Origin: Paraspadella gotoi | Taxonomy: Eukaryota; Animalia; Chaetognatha | Length of the DNA: 64,000 nt | Reading direction: 5' to 3' | NCBI GenBank assembly: GCA_051294375.1 | Contig: CM119263.1 | Coordinates: 11,182,703-11,246,702, forward strand | In this document: positions 11,699 through 23,945 of the stretch, one piece after another | How positions within the stretch are numbered: the first letter of the stretch is position 1 | How the letters are laid out: each line of letters opens with the position of its first letter | Notes under the pieces: model-generated | Seen by the model: only the letters and a program-made list of their open reading frames with translations | Told to the model about the DNA's origin: nothing | Databases searched by the model: none | Program-made: the position numbers and the translations under genes

Positions 11699-13845
11699 TC
11701 AGAGCATCGTGTCGAACACAGCCATCGATTTTGCGATTGATTCGTCCTAAGGAAGAAAGTGAAATTTCGATTAAGTTTATCGCCATGAAGAACAAAAATT
11801 GCGAAAGATAAACCTGTTGGCAAAAAAGAACAAATTCATCCAAGGAGATCAGTCCGTCGCGATTCAGATCTAAGCGGTCGAATACAGTATCCACATGTTG
11901 CTTGAAAGAAAAAAACGCGGGGGGGGGGGGAGAAATATCGATTGACCGTGAAAAATAGGAATGTTCCAGTTCATTGTATTCATAGAAATTAGTTTGTAAT
12001 TGATCTTCCGCGATACCTGCGAGTAGACAATTTGCAATTTGGATTAAGCAGGTGTTTCTAATTATACCTCGGGCGTAGCACCTTCGACAGGCGGGTTACA
12101 GCATGCGCCCATCATGTCGTAAATGGCGGAAATTATTTGCGTCATTTCTTCGCGGGATATCACCCCATCTGTAATCACAGTAATGGGGAAAAAATCAACT
12201 TAACAGCTAAAATGTTTGTTGAATAAACGAGACTGAGAGTCTTGATTGAAAGATTGTAAGAGTGATGGAGGCCTTAAACCACCAAAGCTTGTCCAAAGAC
12301 GGGGGCAAGATAGCATGATTATTAAATGAATGGATAATTTTTATAACGGTTGTACCAATTTCATTTATATTTATATAAAGTCATTAACATAGTGGCTATA
12401 TTGCAAGACATAATAACTTGCTTATTATGTTCGAAATCAGAATTTGGAATTCAGTATTTACGTTTGTCGGTTTCATTTCGAATTAAACTTGTTGATTAAG
12501 TAAAGACAAAATATCAAGGAAGACTAGTAATATTTTTACCATCAAACAGCGGACAATTAGCTTAAAAGTTATACAGATTAAGGTTTTGCAACTAATTCTA
12601 AAAGATAATTCTCCGTTTGTTAAACATTGTAAAATATGACGGTAGGCAAGTTACGTTTATACCGAGACGATATGAATGAGAATGAGCAACAGTCGTCGTT
12701 CGATCGACATAAAGGCAACTGCCAATGAAATAAAAAAAATTTGAATAAATAAAGTCGTAAAATCGGCTTTCATGGAATGTAAATTTTCGTACCGTGATTG
12801 ACGTCATAGAGGCTGAAGGTCCAGTGTATTTTGTCGAGGAAGGTTCCACGACAGAGAATGGAGAGACCCTTGACAAAGTCTTCGAAGGAGATCTCCCCCG
12901 TGTTGCCGGAGTCGAAAGTGTTGAACACGTAGTGGGCATATTGAGAGGAGTCTAATGCAATGTGGGGAGGGGACAGTTGGTGGTGGGTGGAGTGTGGAAT
13001 TGGAAACATTTAACTATGTAATTGTTGCTTAAAAATGTGACTTTATAATATGGCTCACTTATTCAATCTTCCAATAATTTAACAAAAAACCCATGCTAGC
13101 AAATGCGAGCAGAGAACACGGCGGGAAAAGAAAAGAAAGAAAGAAAAGAAAAGCCGAGTAGAAGGAAAGAAGAGGAAATGGTCATTTTTGAGGATATTTT
13201 TAGCGAGAAACGGCAGTCGTCATCTGGAGCGTGACGACCATCGGTCACCTTTCTCAGTCCGAGGGTCTTTCATCACACGATATTTTTTTTGGAAGCGACG
13301 TCTCGCTTGACGATATTGCATAGTACATATTGAATACTTGACCATCGCTCCGAAATGGTCGAAACCGATGAAGGGCTGAACTTCTGAATCCCATGCACTG
13401 TTTTTAATCGCATTCAACTTTTAAACTTTTACACGAATATTTTGATGATCATTTATTTTGTAGTATAACTTTTTCTGATAATAGATTTAATTATTCTTTA
13501 ATTAGAATGGACCTTATCCGTTACCGTAATAATCATTTGTTTGGGGTTAGGAATTAACTTACCTCCAAGAGGAAAGAATTGTGCGAAGATGCTTTTAAAT
13601 TTGTCTTTGTTTACGATTCCCGTGGGGCATTCCTGGAGAAAAACAAAAGAGCATCTGTCAATATGTATCGTTCAACGGGAATGGAAAACGGCGCTAAATT
13701 TGTCATTTATTTTGACCCGCCTGTTTGAAACCCCGGTACATGACTTGAAGCTCGGATTTGGAAAATTTGGTTTTGCTGGAAATTTTGTCCAGTTCTTCGG
13801 GTTTGTATCGCGGGGCGCACATCGCCATGTACTCGTCGCCTTCAT
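11699..13845 (-). CDS. KCNIP: Kv channel-interacting protein (KChIP/calsenilin, NCS family), core exons 13845-13721, 13632-13563, 12951-12793, 12168-12068, 11900-11814, 11746-11699; first exon(s) further upstream
   Basis: Spliced product RYKPEELDKI...ELQVMYRGFKQECPTGIVN...FFPLGDSSQYAHYVFNTFD...; EF-hands DSGNTGEISFED, DVNHDGVISREE, DLNRDGLISLDE; ends SMAVFDTML*. Phases are consistent; one GC donor. Confidence 0.93.
12220..12364 (+). repeat. Dispersed repeat family A, internally deleted copy in a KChIP intron
   Basis: Matches 8460-8694 with a central deletion. Confidence 0.8.
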
Positions 13846-14092
13846 CTAGCGGAGAGAATGAATGTTGATGGTCGATTAGACGCAAGAGAAAAAATAGAAA
13901 GATATAGAGAAAGTGAAAGAGAACGAGCGCAAGGGAGAGGTTAAGTGAGTCAGGCTTATCGGTTCGCGACGGCAAGCAATTTGGATGCGTTTTATCTTAA
14001 AATCTTAAAATTCAAAATATTTTGTTTAATTTTTCAACTAGTAACAATCGCGTAAGAAGCGTGTACGGACGAGACCTTGACGCGTCTCTCAC

Positions 14093-14126
14093 CTCGGCGC
14101 TTGTGATATAAGCTTTTTCGTCGTTC
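14093..14126 (-). CDS. Candidate 34-nt KChIP N-terminal exon (ERRKSLYHKRR)
   Basis: TTGCAG|...GAG|GTGAGA flanks; read from phase 0 it ends in phase 1, which fits the acceptor at 13845. Confidence 0.45.
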
Positions 14127-15550
14127 CTGCAATTTTCGTGATATCGAAAAAATAAAACTGATGAAAGCCATAAATAATACGCGCTAATTTTTGGGGTTTT
14201 TTGCTTCTTTTCCGATTTCCCCCTTTTTTTCCCCTAAAAATTCGTTTTGTACGTCGTTCCTTCGGGCTATTTTTTTTTTTTTTGCCTTGTTCTGTTTTTT
14301 AGTTCAAAGGAGTAGCCGGCATGAAAAGAGGAAGATTTTTCTCTGCTCCGAGGAAAATATTACAGAGTCTAACCATAAAAAAAAAAAAAAAAAAACCCGA
14401 AAAAAAAAGAGGTTTTTCCCTTCTCTCGTGTTATGTTGAGGGAATTATGGTCAGTCATGGTTCCCCTCAGCTTTTTCGGTTGAGACGAAAAGAAAATAAA
14501 GAGACAATAAAACCGAAATAAAAGGAGGAAAAGAGAAAAGGGGCAAGGAGAACCTAATGATTGCGGAGGAACCAGTGGTGGGGGGGGGGGATTTTATTTA
14601 TTTTTTCCCTTTTTTGATTTCGTCTGGCGGGTTTTTGCGGTTTCCTCGTTTTGTCAACTTGCGGTCTTGAGCTTGACGGGGTTGATCTTTTGATTAAAGG
14701 TGTTTTAAAATAGGCAATGCCTATTAGGAATCCGATGTTATCTCAGCTTCGTCTACCCAGATATCCAACAAAACCAGAATATTTAAAAAATCCATTTCTT
14801 AATAACGGTTAAACATTAAAATTTCCTTATGAGGCTAAATGATTCGGTATCAATTTAACAAAAACTCTCTTTCCCCCAGACATAGTGGGAAGTCATTTTC
14901 AGGAAGAGAATCGCGGCGCGATTTTTGGTTGAAGACATACCCATACATTTTTGCCTATTGTTTGCCGCTTTGGGATGGAGAAGTGTGATTTTTTGATACA
15001 TATAACCTCAGAAATAATTATTAGGAGTTATGCCAGTTTTAAACCTGCTGTTATCGAATTTTTCGTCAATTTCAGTCTGTGAGACAAATCCAGGGCATTA
15101 GTATAGGTCTCAATAGATACAAAAAGGTTTTTTCTTGAAATAAAGCTGTATATGCTGTATTTACTGCAGTGCAAACCACCCCCTTTTTTGAATACACCAT
15201 TATACCAAAAAAAAAGAACATTATCCAAAAAAATAGTTTTTTCTGAACGAACTCTTAATGTAAATGCATCAGTGAGTACTGAGTAGTGATTTTTTAAAAT
15301 TCTGGTTCTGTTGGATATCTTGGTAAGTTCTAACTCTCCCCAAGATGAGGGATTCTCCTACCAGTCGAACCGAACAAACTCTGTCTTCGCTTCGCTTCGG
15401 TTAGTTTGTTTTTATTTTCCTCGTTTTTTTTTCACAGAGAGAACGAGAGGAATTATTAAGAAAAAGACGGAAGAGAGGAACTCATTTCTTTTCTTCCTTC
15501 AATACTTTGTGGCAAAGTAAAGCAAATGACTTTTGCCTTTATTACCTTTG

Positions 15551-15585
<35 letters not shown>

Positions 15586-16245
15586 CTCTCATCTTCTCTC
15601 TCTTCAATCTCTCTCTCTCTCTCTCTCGCTCCCACTTTTCAATTCGAAAGCCTTAATGGAATCTTTATTCTTAATAAATTATTGAATTCCGTAATTCTAT
15701 AATTCTTTCTTTTTCGGTTTTCGATTTCATCGTTTCTCTTCACTCGAGAAAAAGAGGAATTTCTTTATTTATTATCTTAATTAAAATAAATATTTAAAAT
15801 TTTAAACAAAATTATACAATTTCTTCGTTTGGGTTTTATTCTCGATCAATTTTCTTCTCAAGTGATGAAATTAATTTTTGCCATTCGTAAAATCCAGAGC
15901 CGTTCGACAATGACTTCTTTGACATATGTACGTTCCTAGCTTCCGCGCCAATAATTAAAAGCCTTCATATCGTTCCTTAAAAGCTTTGCGTCATTCGTTA
16001 AAAGCCCATGCGTCACCTTTTGACTGATTTTTGCGCCGCGTCAAGGTTTTTTTTTTTGCTTGATGGTCGAGGAAGAAAACAAAGGGTTTGAAAACGACGT
16101 TTAGTGTAAAAGAAGCGACACACCTCGATTAGCACAATCACCTAGATTGTACTACGACCATCATGTTCATTACCATCCTTGTCAATTTAGATTAATAATA
16201 AATAGTAAATTATCTGAAGCAGGTCGTTCGAAACTGCCCCTAATC

Positions 16246-16482
16246 GCCATATTTTCCAAAAGCGCCCCATTTCTATTTTAATTTAGAATTATATGAATTT
16301 TTATGATTGAAGATCAGTTTAAGGATTATGGGAATGGGGATTCGCTTTGAGTTAGGGATTAGAGCTTTGGATTAAGGGTTTGGGTTTAAGATTAAGGTTA
16401 GGGGTTGGGTGAGGGAATTTCGTAGAAGATTATGGTTTGATATTAGTTAGGTTAAAACAGCAGGGCGTTTTCAGTAAATATG
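16246..16482. mobile_element. MITE-like family B with an internal TTAGGG-like tract
   Basis: Imperfect inverted ends CGCCATATTTTCCAAAAGCGCCCC / GGGCGTTTTCAGTAAATATG; related opposite-orientation copy at ~45984-46132. Confidence 0.55.
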
Positions 16483-17220
16483 TACAACAAAGCGTTGTTT
16501 TTCGTATTTTGAAAACTAAGGAACGATAGATTTCACATCACAGTCCTCTATTTGATAATCGCGGACAACATATATGATAAGAGATGTATATTTAACGATT
16601 AGACAGAAGATATAACACAAACGATACTAAAGTTGCAATCCATTACGAAAGTAATAAATATATATGTTGAGAGCGAGAGAAAGATAAGCGAGAGGGAGAA
16701 TGTACGATTGGATTCTGAATTCTTTTTTCGCAAACTCTTGCGAGAAAAAGAATAAAGGAAAATAATGGGGCTATTATGCTATTGACAGTTTTACTAACTT
16801 AAACTTTTTGAGGGGAACACCACACACAGCCGTTACTTGTTCTATATTATTTTGTTTACCTTCTGGTTTACCGCCGTTTGGGTGAAAAGAAGAAAAATAA
16901 AGATCGAGTTTATTTCAAGTCTGCCAAATTTTAAATTGTCTTGGTCAGTATACATAGTCACAGATAATAATAATATAATTGTCACTGATCGACATGAGTG
17001 GTTAAAAATACCAATTCCAAAATAGAGGAAGTTAAGGAGAAGGAAAGTAACGTAATATTTGGAGAATATGTCTATTCACAACACGTATTCATCAATGAGG
17101 TTTTTCCCAAGAAAATTCCCCAATGAGTGCAATTTACAGTATTATGAATATTTTATTTTTTTTTACGAGAAAAGAACTTTGTCGGAGGACTCCCAACGCC
17201 TCCTTCATTGAATGAGATCT

Positions 17221-17944
17221 TGTGGCAGCAAGACTTAAAGCTGCCTCACTGCTGTCCGTCCTCAGCCTCGTCTCAATGGCTGAGCAGGCTAAATCATCTC
17301 ATTCCATCCGTGCGTCCCGGGTTCAATCCCTGGGTATCCCGGTTCTGGCTTAATGTGACGGTGCCGGTATAAACATGCCAGTGACAGGAGGCAGTCACTG
17401 AGGGTCCGCAGCCCCTACGCCAGTTGGTGAGATACCCCGCGCCCCGGGTATCACAGGCTATCCTCCCGTTGCCATAAGTGGTGAGCCCTACTCTCGAACA
17501 CGCAACTGCTGCGCACCGTGCGCCCACGCTTACGTCGCTTAGGGTATGCATATCACGCCTATGCCCTACTTCTCTGGTAACGCTCCAGACTCGCTCGCCC
17601 GCTCGCTCTCAACTATGGCAATGAGATCAAAACCTTCTCTCAGACATCTCCTCAGATTGGGCCCTGTGGAGAAGTCTGGTGGGGGATCCTGTGGTAGCAA
17701 GACTTAAAGCTGTCACTGCTGTCGTCCTGCAGCCTCGTCTCAATGCTGAGCAGGCTAAATCATCTCATTCCATCCGTGCGTCCCGGGTTCAATCCCTGGG
17801 TATCCCGGTTCTGGCTTAAATGGTGAACCGTGCCGGTATAAAACATGCCAGTGACAGGAGGCGGTCACTGAGGTCCGCAGCCCTACGCCAGTTGGTGAGA
17901 TACCCGCGGCCCCGGGTATCACAGGCTATCCTCCCGTTGCCATA
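17221..17944 (+). mobile_element. Full-length TRIM (non-autonomous miniature LTR retrotransposon) with tRNA-like LTRs, Helenus-like
   Basis: 5' LTR 17221-17476 and 3' LTR 17690-17944 (TGTGG...GCCATA). PBS-like TGGTGAGCCCTAC at 17479. Purine-rich tract at ~17668-17686. TSD ATCT on both sides. 213-bp internal region with no recognisable gag/pol. Confidence 0.92.
17277..17333 (+). promoter_or_regulatory. tRNA-type (Pol III type 2) A box and B box in the TRIM LTR
   Basis: A box TGGCTGAGCAGG (17277-17288). B box GGTTCAATCCC (17320-17330) sits in a T-arm CCGGG-TTCAATC-CCTGG. Both are conserved in the solo LTR at 60222. Confidence 0.75.
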
Positions 17945-20900
17945 ATCTCTTCAATTCATTGGCCGTCAATTCACGCAGCGAATCTTTCATTCTCGTTGAT
18001 TTAGTTGTATTAATTGAGAGGAACTTCTGAAACGCAAATCTCTCTCTCTCTCCTCTCTCTCTAACCACTATCTAACATTTTCTTCTTTTCCTTTCGTTAT
18101 AAAGTATAAAAAAAATCCTCGAGTAAACTCGGAAGTTGAATAAAAATTCACACAAAGAGTTCTGTTTCAGTCACGCACAATTTTCACTTTCTTTTTATTT
18201 CCAGGCTCAAGACTACGAGCGAAAAACGACGACATAAAAAATAACCCCTTTTTGACAAAACGCGCCAATGCAAAAAAAGAAAAAAAAGGCAAACGCACGC
18301 AACAAAAATGCCAAGAAAAAAATATCTTCAGGACAAAAATCTCCGACCCTCTCAGCCTTTTTTACCCCTCCGCTTTACTTCTTCGCTTCTTCGTTGCATG
18401 GCAACCGGTTCATTTTAAAGCTTCCTTTTATACCCTGGACTTCCTTCTTTCCCCTCACAATCTCCGTGTGGGGCCTTTATTTGGTTCCGTCTTATTTTCT
18501 CTCGTTTCTATGAAAGCGAAAACTTTACCGCGTCATCGACTCCTCCGTTGGTGGGAGGAGTGTCTCGGTGGAGAAGAGCAGGCTTTGGGAGAGACCGTGA
18601 GTTTTCAAAATGGCGCTAAAGCTGGGAAGCGTTCTTATTTTCGTATCGTCGCACGTTTCCCGTTTACCGCCTATGTCGTACATTTTGTGCCCGACCAGTC
18701 GCAGTTTTTTGATTAATATTTACGACTGCTGTGAAACCGCTATGAACGTGGAGCTATTTCGTGCAAAATCAATTAATTAATTATCAATTAACAGTTTACC
18801 ATTAATAATCGTTGCCTCATCATGATGAGTACAGAGCGCTGTCGAATGCGAGTGAGAGGTAATGGAGTCACTTCTTGTGACAACGTCTTTTATTTTCTCG
18901 CATACTAATCTGTGTTTCTTGATCGTCGCTGCTGTCGCCCCCTGTTCCCTTTTCCTACCTTCTGTTGTCTAAAGGACTTAGCTCTATCGATTAGGTGACT
19001 GTGATTTAACTTAAAAAAAAAAACAACTTCTATGACGGGTAATTCAAGTTTGAAGCGAAATATTTTAAACAATAACGCAAAGAGAGGGGATTGTGAAAAC
19101 GACGAATAGCATCTTTAGTCTCTTTGTTTTGAACCCGCGGCAATAGTTAATACGCCGCTTTTTTGGTGGACGATATATGTATGTATAAACATGTTATTTG
19201 ATCGGACAGATTATCTAATTTTTATAGCTTTTTTTGTATTATGATTAGTGAAACACATATTTATCGTACTACATAGAATTGTAACGACTAAGACAGTAAA
19301 ATATGCCACGATGAAGCTTCGCCACAATTATGAAACGCTCTCATCCTCTTTTCATTTCGCATCTCCCGTCAAGAGACGCCCTTTGCGACGCCGATTTACG
19401 ACCGCGGAGTTATTGCAGCGCCGCTGAGTCCGCAGCCGCCGCGGAGTTATCAGCGTGAAGCTGCGACTGCGTTACGACCGCGACCGCAGAAGATGGCGTC
19501 GTCGGTTATAAAAACAAGAACGGAAAAGAGGGTCAGGTCGATGGGTAGAGTGAGTTGGGTTGAAATGAGAGAGGAAATTTCTCAAAGGGCGAGACCAAGA
19601 AGGAAGGAGACGTAGTTTGTGTGACTTATTTGCGTGTGTAGGGACTAGAATTCACAGAGTGATAGTGTTTGAGCATGTGTATCGTATTTATTGTCAACTT
19701 ATATCTATTGTTACGGTAAATAACGACCTAGAAATGAAATGAAAACAAGATATAATCAAGTAAAAGAAGTACAATCAAAATTTAAAGATGCATACGTAAT
19801 AGTCTTGAAGGTAATAGAGTAGAGAAGAAAAACTAGTCAATAAAAAAGTCGCAAAGCAAAAATTAAAAAAAAAGGTCTTTTTTGGCAAGAGGAGGAGGAA
19901 ATGAGAAGGAAAGGGAGGAGATGGGAATCTGATGAGAAAAAGGACTCGCAAGTTCGCAGCAGTTAATGGGCCGCAGAAGGAAGGAGAGAAGAGAAAAGAA
20001 TCCTAATGGCAGAAGAAAAAATCTAATCAAGGATTTTTTTTTATTATATTAAAATCTTTCAAAAAAGAAATCGACCGATGAAGAATGTCAAGTAAACGAG
20101 AGAAATTAAGGATTAATGGTTTTTGAAATTCAATTTGGTGTCATCTGCCCCGTCAAGGACACAAACCTAGACATGAAACATTTACGTGCATTAACAGGAC
20201 TTTTAAATAAATTAATGAAGTTGATAAACTAGACTGTTTGAGTGGTTTTAAGTGCTGAATGTATTATCTGTATTAAGGGATAACGTCCTCTATCCACCAT
20301 ATCTTGTTCAATTTCCTATGTGCATAGTCATGGGGCAAGATATCTTCAATGAATAATCTTTAAATTGGTCGAACCAATTTCATATATATTTCTATAAGCA
20401 TCTCCCGCGAGACCCCCGCGCGCAACTCCGCACGCGCCAAACGTGCGAATCACGCGAACCACCGTTGAACGGAAATCCGATTCCGGGACGCGCGGCAGAG
20501 CGCTAATTGTTTCGATTCCCCGAACGACAGTTTTATCGCTCGCCTTTTTTCTTTTCTTTCCCCCCATTTTTTTTCCCCTCCAACGCGGGAAAACTAAATT
20601 ATTTATTCGTCCCACGATTCAGCCGGTAATTAATCGCAATATAGCATTCCGCATTCAGACCGTATAATGTGTGCATTCTGCCTTTTCTACTCAGTTATAT
20701 TGTCGACCATTATTCAACTGGATCCGTTAATAATTCATTCTCCTGGAATATTTCAATTATTCATTTCTTCTTCCCGTTTTGTTCATTTGTTCCTTCGGCG
20801 ACGAGAGAGAAGCCATTCATGCCGGCCCGCGATGCCCTCTGGGCCGGGGAAAGACCCTCCTTTGGAAATGGCACAGAAAAAAAAATCCAGGTGGCGAACG

Positions 20901-20971
20901 GAGGAGAGAGTAGGTGAGACTGGGAGGGAGGAATGGTGTTTGAGTTTGTGAGAGAGAAAAAGAGAGTGAGT

Positions 20972-21003
<32 letters not shown>

Positions 21004-22109
21004 ACTAAGACGATGGACAAAGAAGGACATTTCAATTTGGCACTGGGGCTCGCCAAGGAGGAACTTTCTCGGCGGCAGAGAAGAAAAATAGGACAAAGCA
21101 ACCAAGAAAATCTTGAAGGAAGAAAATCTGGGAGGAGATTTTTGTCACCCGTGAATGAATAGAGGAAATGTGAACCACATCTGCAGACAGAAATAGCGCA
21201 ACTTTCTCGGTATAAAGACGACCTGTAATGAAAAATATTTAAACTGGTCAAAACCAAAAAATATGATATTACTAGACTTAAATACATTAGAAGTAGATTT
21301 GTATTATATTTGCATTTTTGTTTAATCTTACACTTATTTACGTAACTTATGTACGTATTATATAAATGAATGAGTAATCCCGGCATTTGATACGTTAAAC
21401 AGAATATCTTGGTGGGATTTAACATGACAAAAAAGTATTAAACTGTCCAATTAATATATAAATGATATACATATATAAATATATAATGATATACATAAAA
21501 GGTAAATTAAACAACTTTTACGTCTGTAAGAGATATAGTATCTGGTGAATGCTGAATGATCAGATTAGTGGATAGATTAGAGGATCTTTGATGGATTATT
21601 GAAAAAATGAGACTCTCGGGTTTGGGATGATAGAGAAAAGTGAGAGATTAAGATTAGAAGGGGGATAAGATTTTCGGGGAAAAGTAGAAAGATTTGGCCT
21701 TCGTACATGTAAGAAAAAAATGTAGAAGGGAGAGAAGAAAGATGTGATGTAGTGTTCAGATAACGAGAGAAGGAGAGTGAATGATAGACCGAAATTGACA
21801 ATTATTATCGAGGTCAAGGACTGCGGATCGCAATAGGTCCGTTCGAGAAAGGCGCGTGGTTGATCGAAAATGTCGCCTCTTGGGCGCGAGTGGGACATTT
21901 TCTCAGAGGATGACGACATTCTAACGACGCCTCACGAATCCATTGAGGTAAAGAAAAGGAGAAAAAATATTAGGAAAAATGAGATAAAGGAAAGCGTCGT
22001 CGAGAGACGCGACCGAAAAATTCCACGTTTGTTTTACCTAGAAAATCCATTGGGAACTCGGGACGGAGAATCGATTTGTGCCCGGGAACCCACACATCCT
22101 GAAGCGCCT

Positions 22110-22110
<1 letters not shown>

Positions 22111-22200
<90 letters not shown>
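22111..22200. repeat. (CT)n microsatellite; one of >12 GA/CT tracts between 15.5 and 48.3 kb
   Basis: Perfect dinucleotide run; others at ~15553, 18038, 20975, 23420, 23865, 25995, 26790, 32626, 36121, 40350, 43680, 44463, 48199. Confidence 0.97.
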
Positions 22201-22204
<4 letters not shown>

Positions 22205-22900
22205 TTCCTGTTGTTCTCTATCTCTGTCTCCTTCAAAAAACTAATGTTGTATCTCATTAGCCGCATTTTTATTTTCTTTGTTCTCTCTGTCTCTCCCACC
22301 GGTCGCTTTCTCTTTCTCTATCTCGTTTCCATTTGTCAGCCGTCGCCGTCTCGCCCAATTCGTCTTCATGTTCATTCTGTAAAGTGTCTCAGAAACCATG
22401 AAGTTTTCGCGGCTATTTATGGCACAAATGAAACTGCATGAAGGTATAGAATATATTAAAATCTTTCAAAATTTTTTCAATATCATTATTTCACGATTGA
22501 TCACACTTTCTTATTCCATATCGTATCTCGTAATACCAATATACATACAAGCCATCTCAATGATTTTTTTTTAAAAAGTCCAGATGTACTCTACTCTTCC
22601 TTCGTCGCAGAGGGAAACAAATTTTCTCGTTGTTCACTACTGGGAAATCGCTTTATCGACATCAACGACATTCGAAAGTAAATCCTCGTAATGGAACCTC
22701 ATTTCTGAAACTTTTTTTTTACTATGAGGAAATATTTGATTATTTACTTTTTAATTCTTCGCTTTATATCTGGCTTAGTTTTTCTAAAACGGTTAAAAGG
22801 GTTACAGTAAAAAAAAATATTATCGCGTCGGAAATTAAATATAAAAAAATCATTTAAGAATTAATTTGTATATATACTGCGATTGGTCGAATTGAATTGA

Positions 22901-23113
22901 ATTGAAACATTCTTTGAAATATTATACCACTTCATTAATTTGGAAGCCAGTTACTCTGGGGTGAATTAACGAGACTGAGAGAGAGTCTTGACTGAAAGCT
23001 TGCAGGGACCTGCTATGTCATTATCTTGTAAGAGTGATGGAGGCCTTAAACCACCAAAGCCTGTCCAAAGTCAGGGGTAAGATAGCTTAATTATTAAATG
23101 AATGGATAATTTT
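22901..23113 (+). repeat. Dispersed repeat family A, copy 3
   Basis: High similarity to 8460-8694. Confidence 0.85.
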
Positions 23114-23423
23114 TAAAATTTCATTTTGTAAAACAAGGTAGAGAAAAGTCTCCTAACTCTCTTTGTATTAACTATAAAAATATAGATTTTCGAGCATAAT
23201 TACAAAAATCTATCATACGCTTCTCGTTTGTTTTTTGATTTCGCCAAGACGTCGCCGCAGCCGACGAAGATGAAAATACAAGAGGCGGAAAATCGGTTTC
23301 CATGGCGACGGTGGCTTTAAGAAGTCGCAAATTCCCGCTCATCGTTGAAGCATAAATCAAGATTAAACGCGTTACCGTTTTTTTTCGTGCTTTCCAAAAT
23401 TAGCGAGAGAAAGAAAGAGAGAG

Positions 23424-23510
<87 letters not shown>

Positions 23511-23861
23511 CATGGACATTGGACAGGTCCAGGGAGAAAGAGGAACGTAAAGACAGAGAGAGAACATCATTGAATTTCATTGAGAGGGCAAAGAGGCAAA
23601 GAGTTATGGTTAAACGACTTACTTAGTTAATTGTATCGTTCGCAGCGGAAGCAATCACTATAAACTGCGTCTCTCGATTGCGACTAAAACCGGAAGCGAT
23701 AAAAATGAAGAGAAAGAAAGAAAGATGCAAAGGGAAGAAAAGAAAGAAATAAAGACAAAATGCAACCGACCCAAAACTCGAGGCGCCACTGAATTTTATC
23801 TCGGTTGGCGGAATAAGGAACGTTTCTAATCAAATGGAATGAGAGAGGGGGGAAATGAGGA

Positions 23862-23945
<84 letters not shown>

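Noticed and set aside
17265-17345. Genuine tRNA gene
   Set aside because: A/B boxes and T-arm are present, but there is no convincing acceptor or anticodon stem and it lies inside an LTR.
17221-17944. Hammerhead retrozyme or CRISPR interpretation of the direct repeats
   Set aside because: No CUGANGA...GAAA core on either strand and no repeat-spacer periodicity; PBS, purine tract and TSD fit a TRIM.
19930-19952. Hammerhead-like CTGATGAG...CTCGCAA
   Set aside because: GCAA instead of GAAA and no flanking stems.
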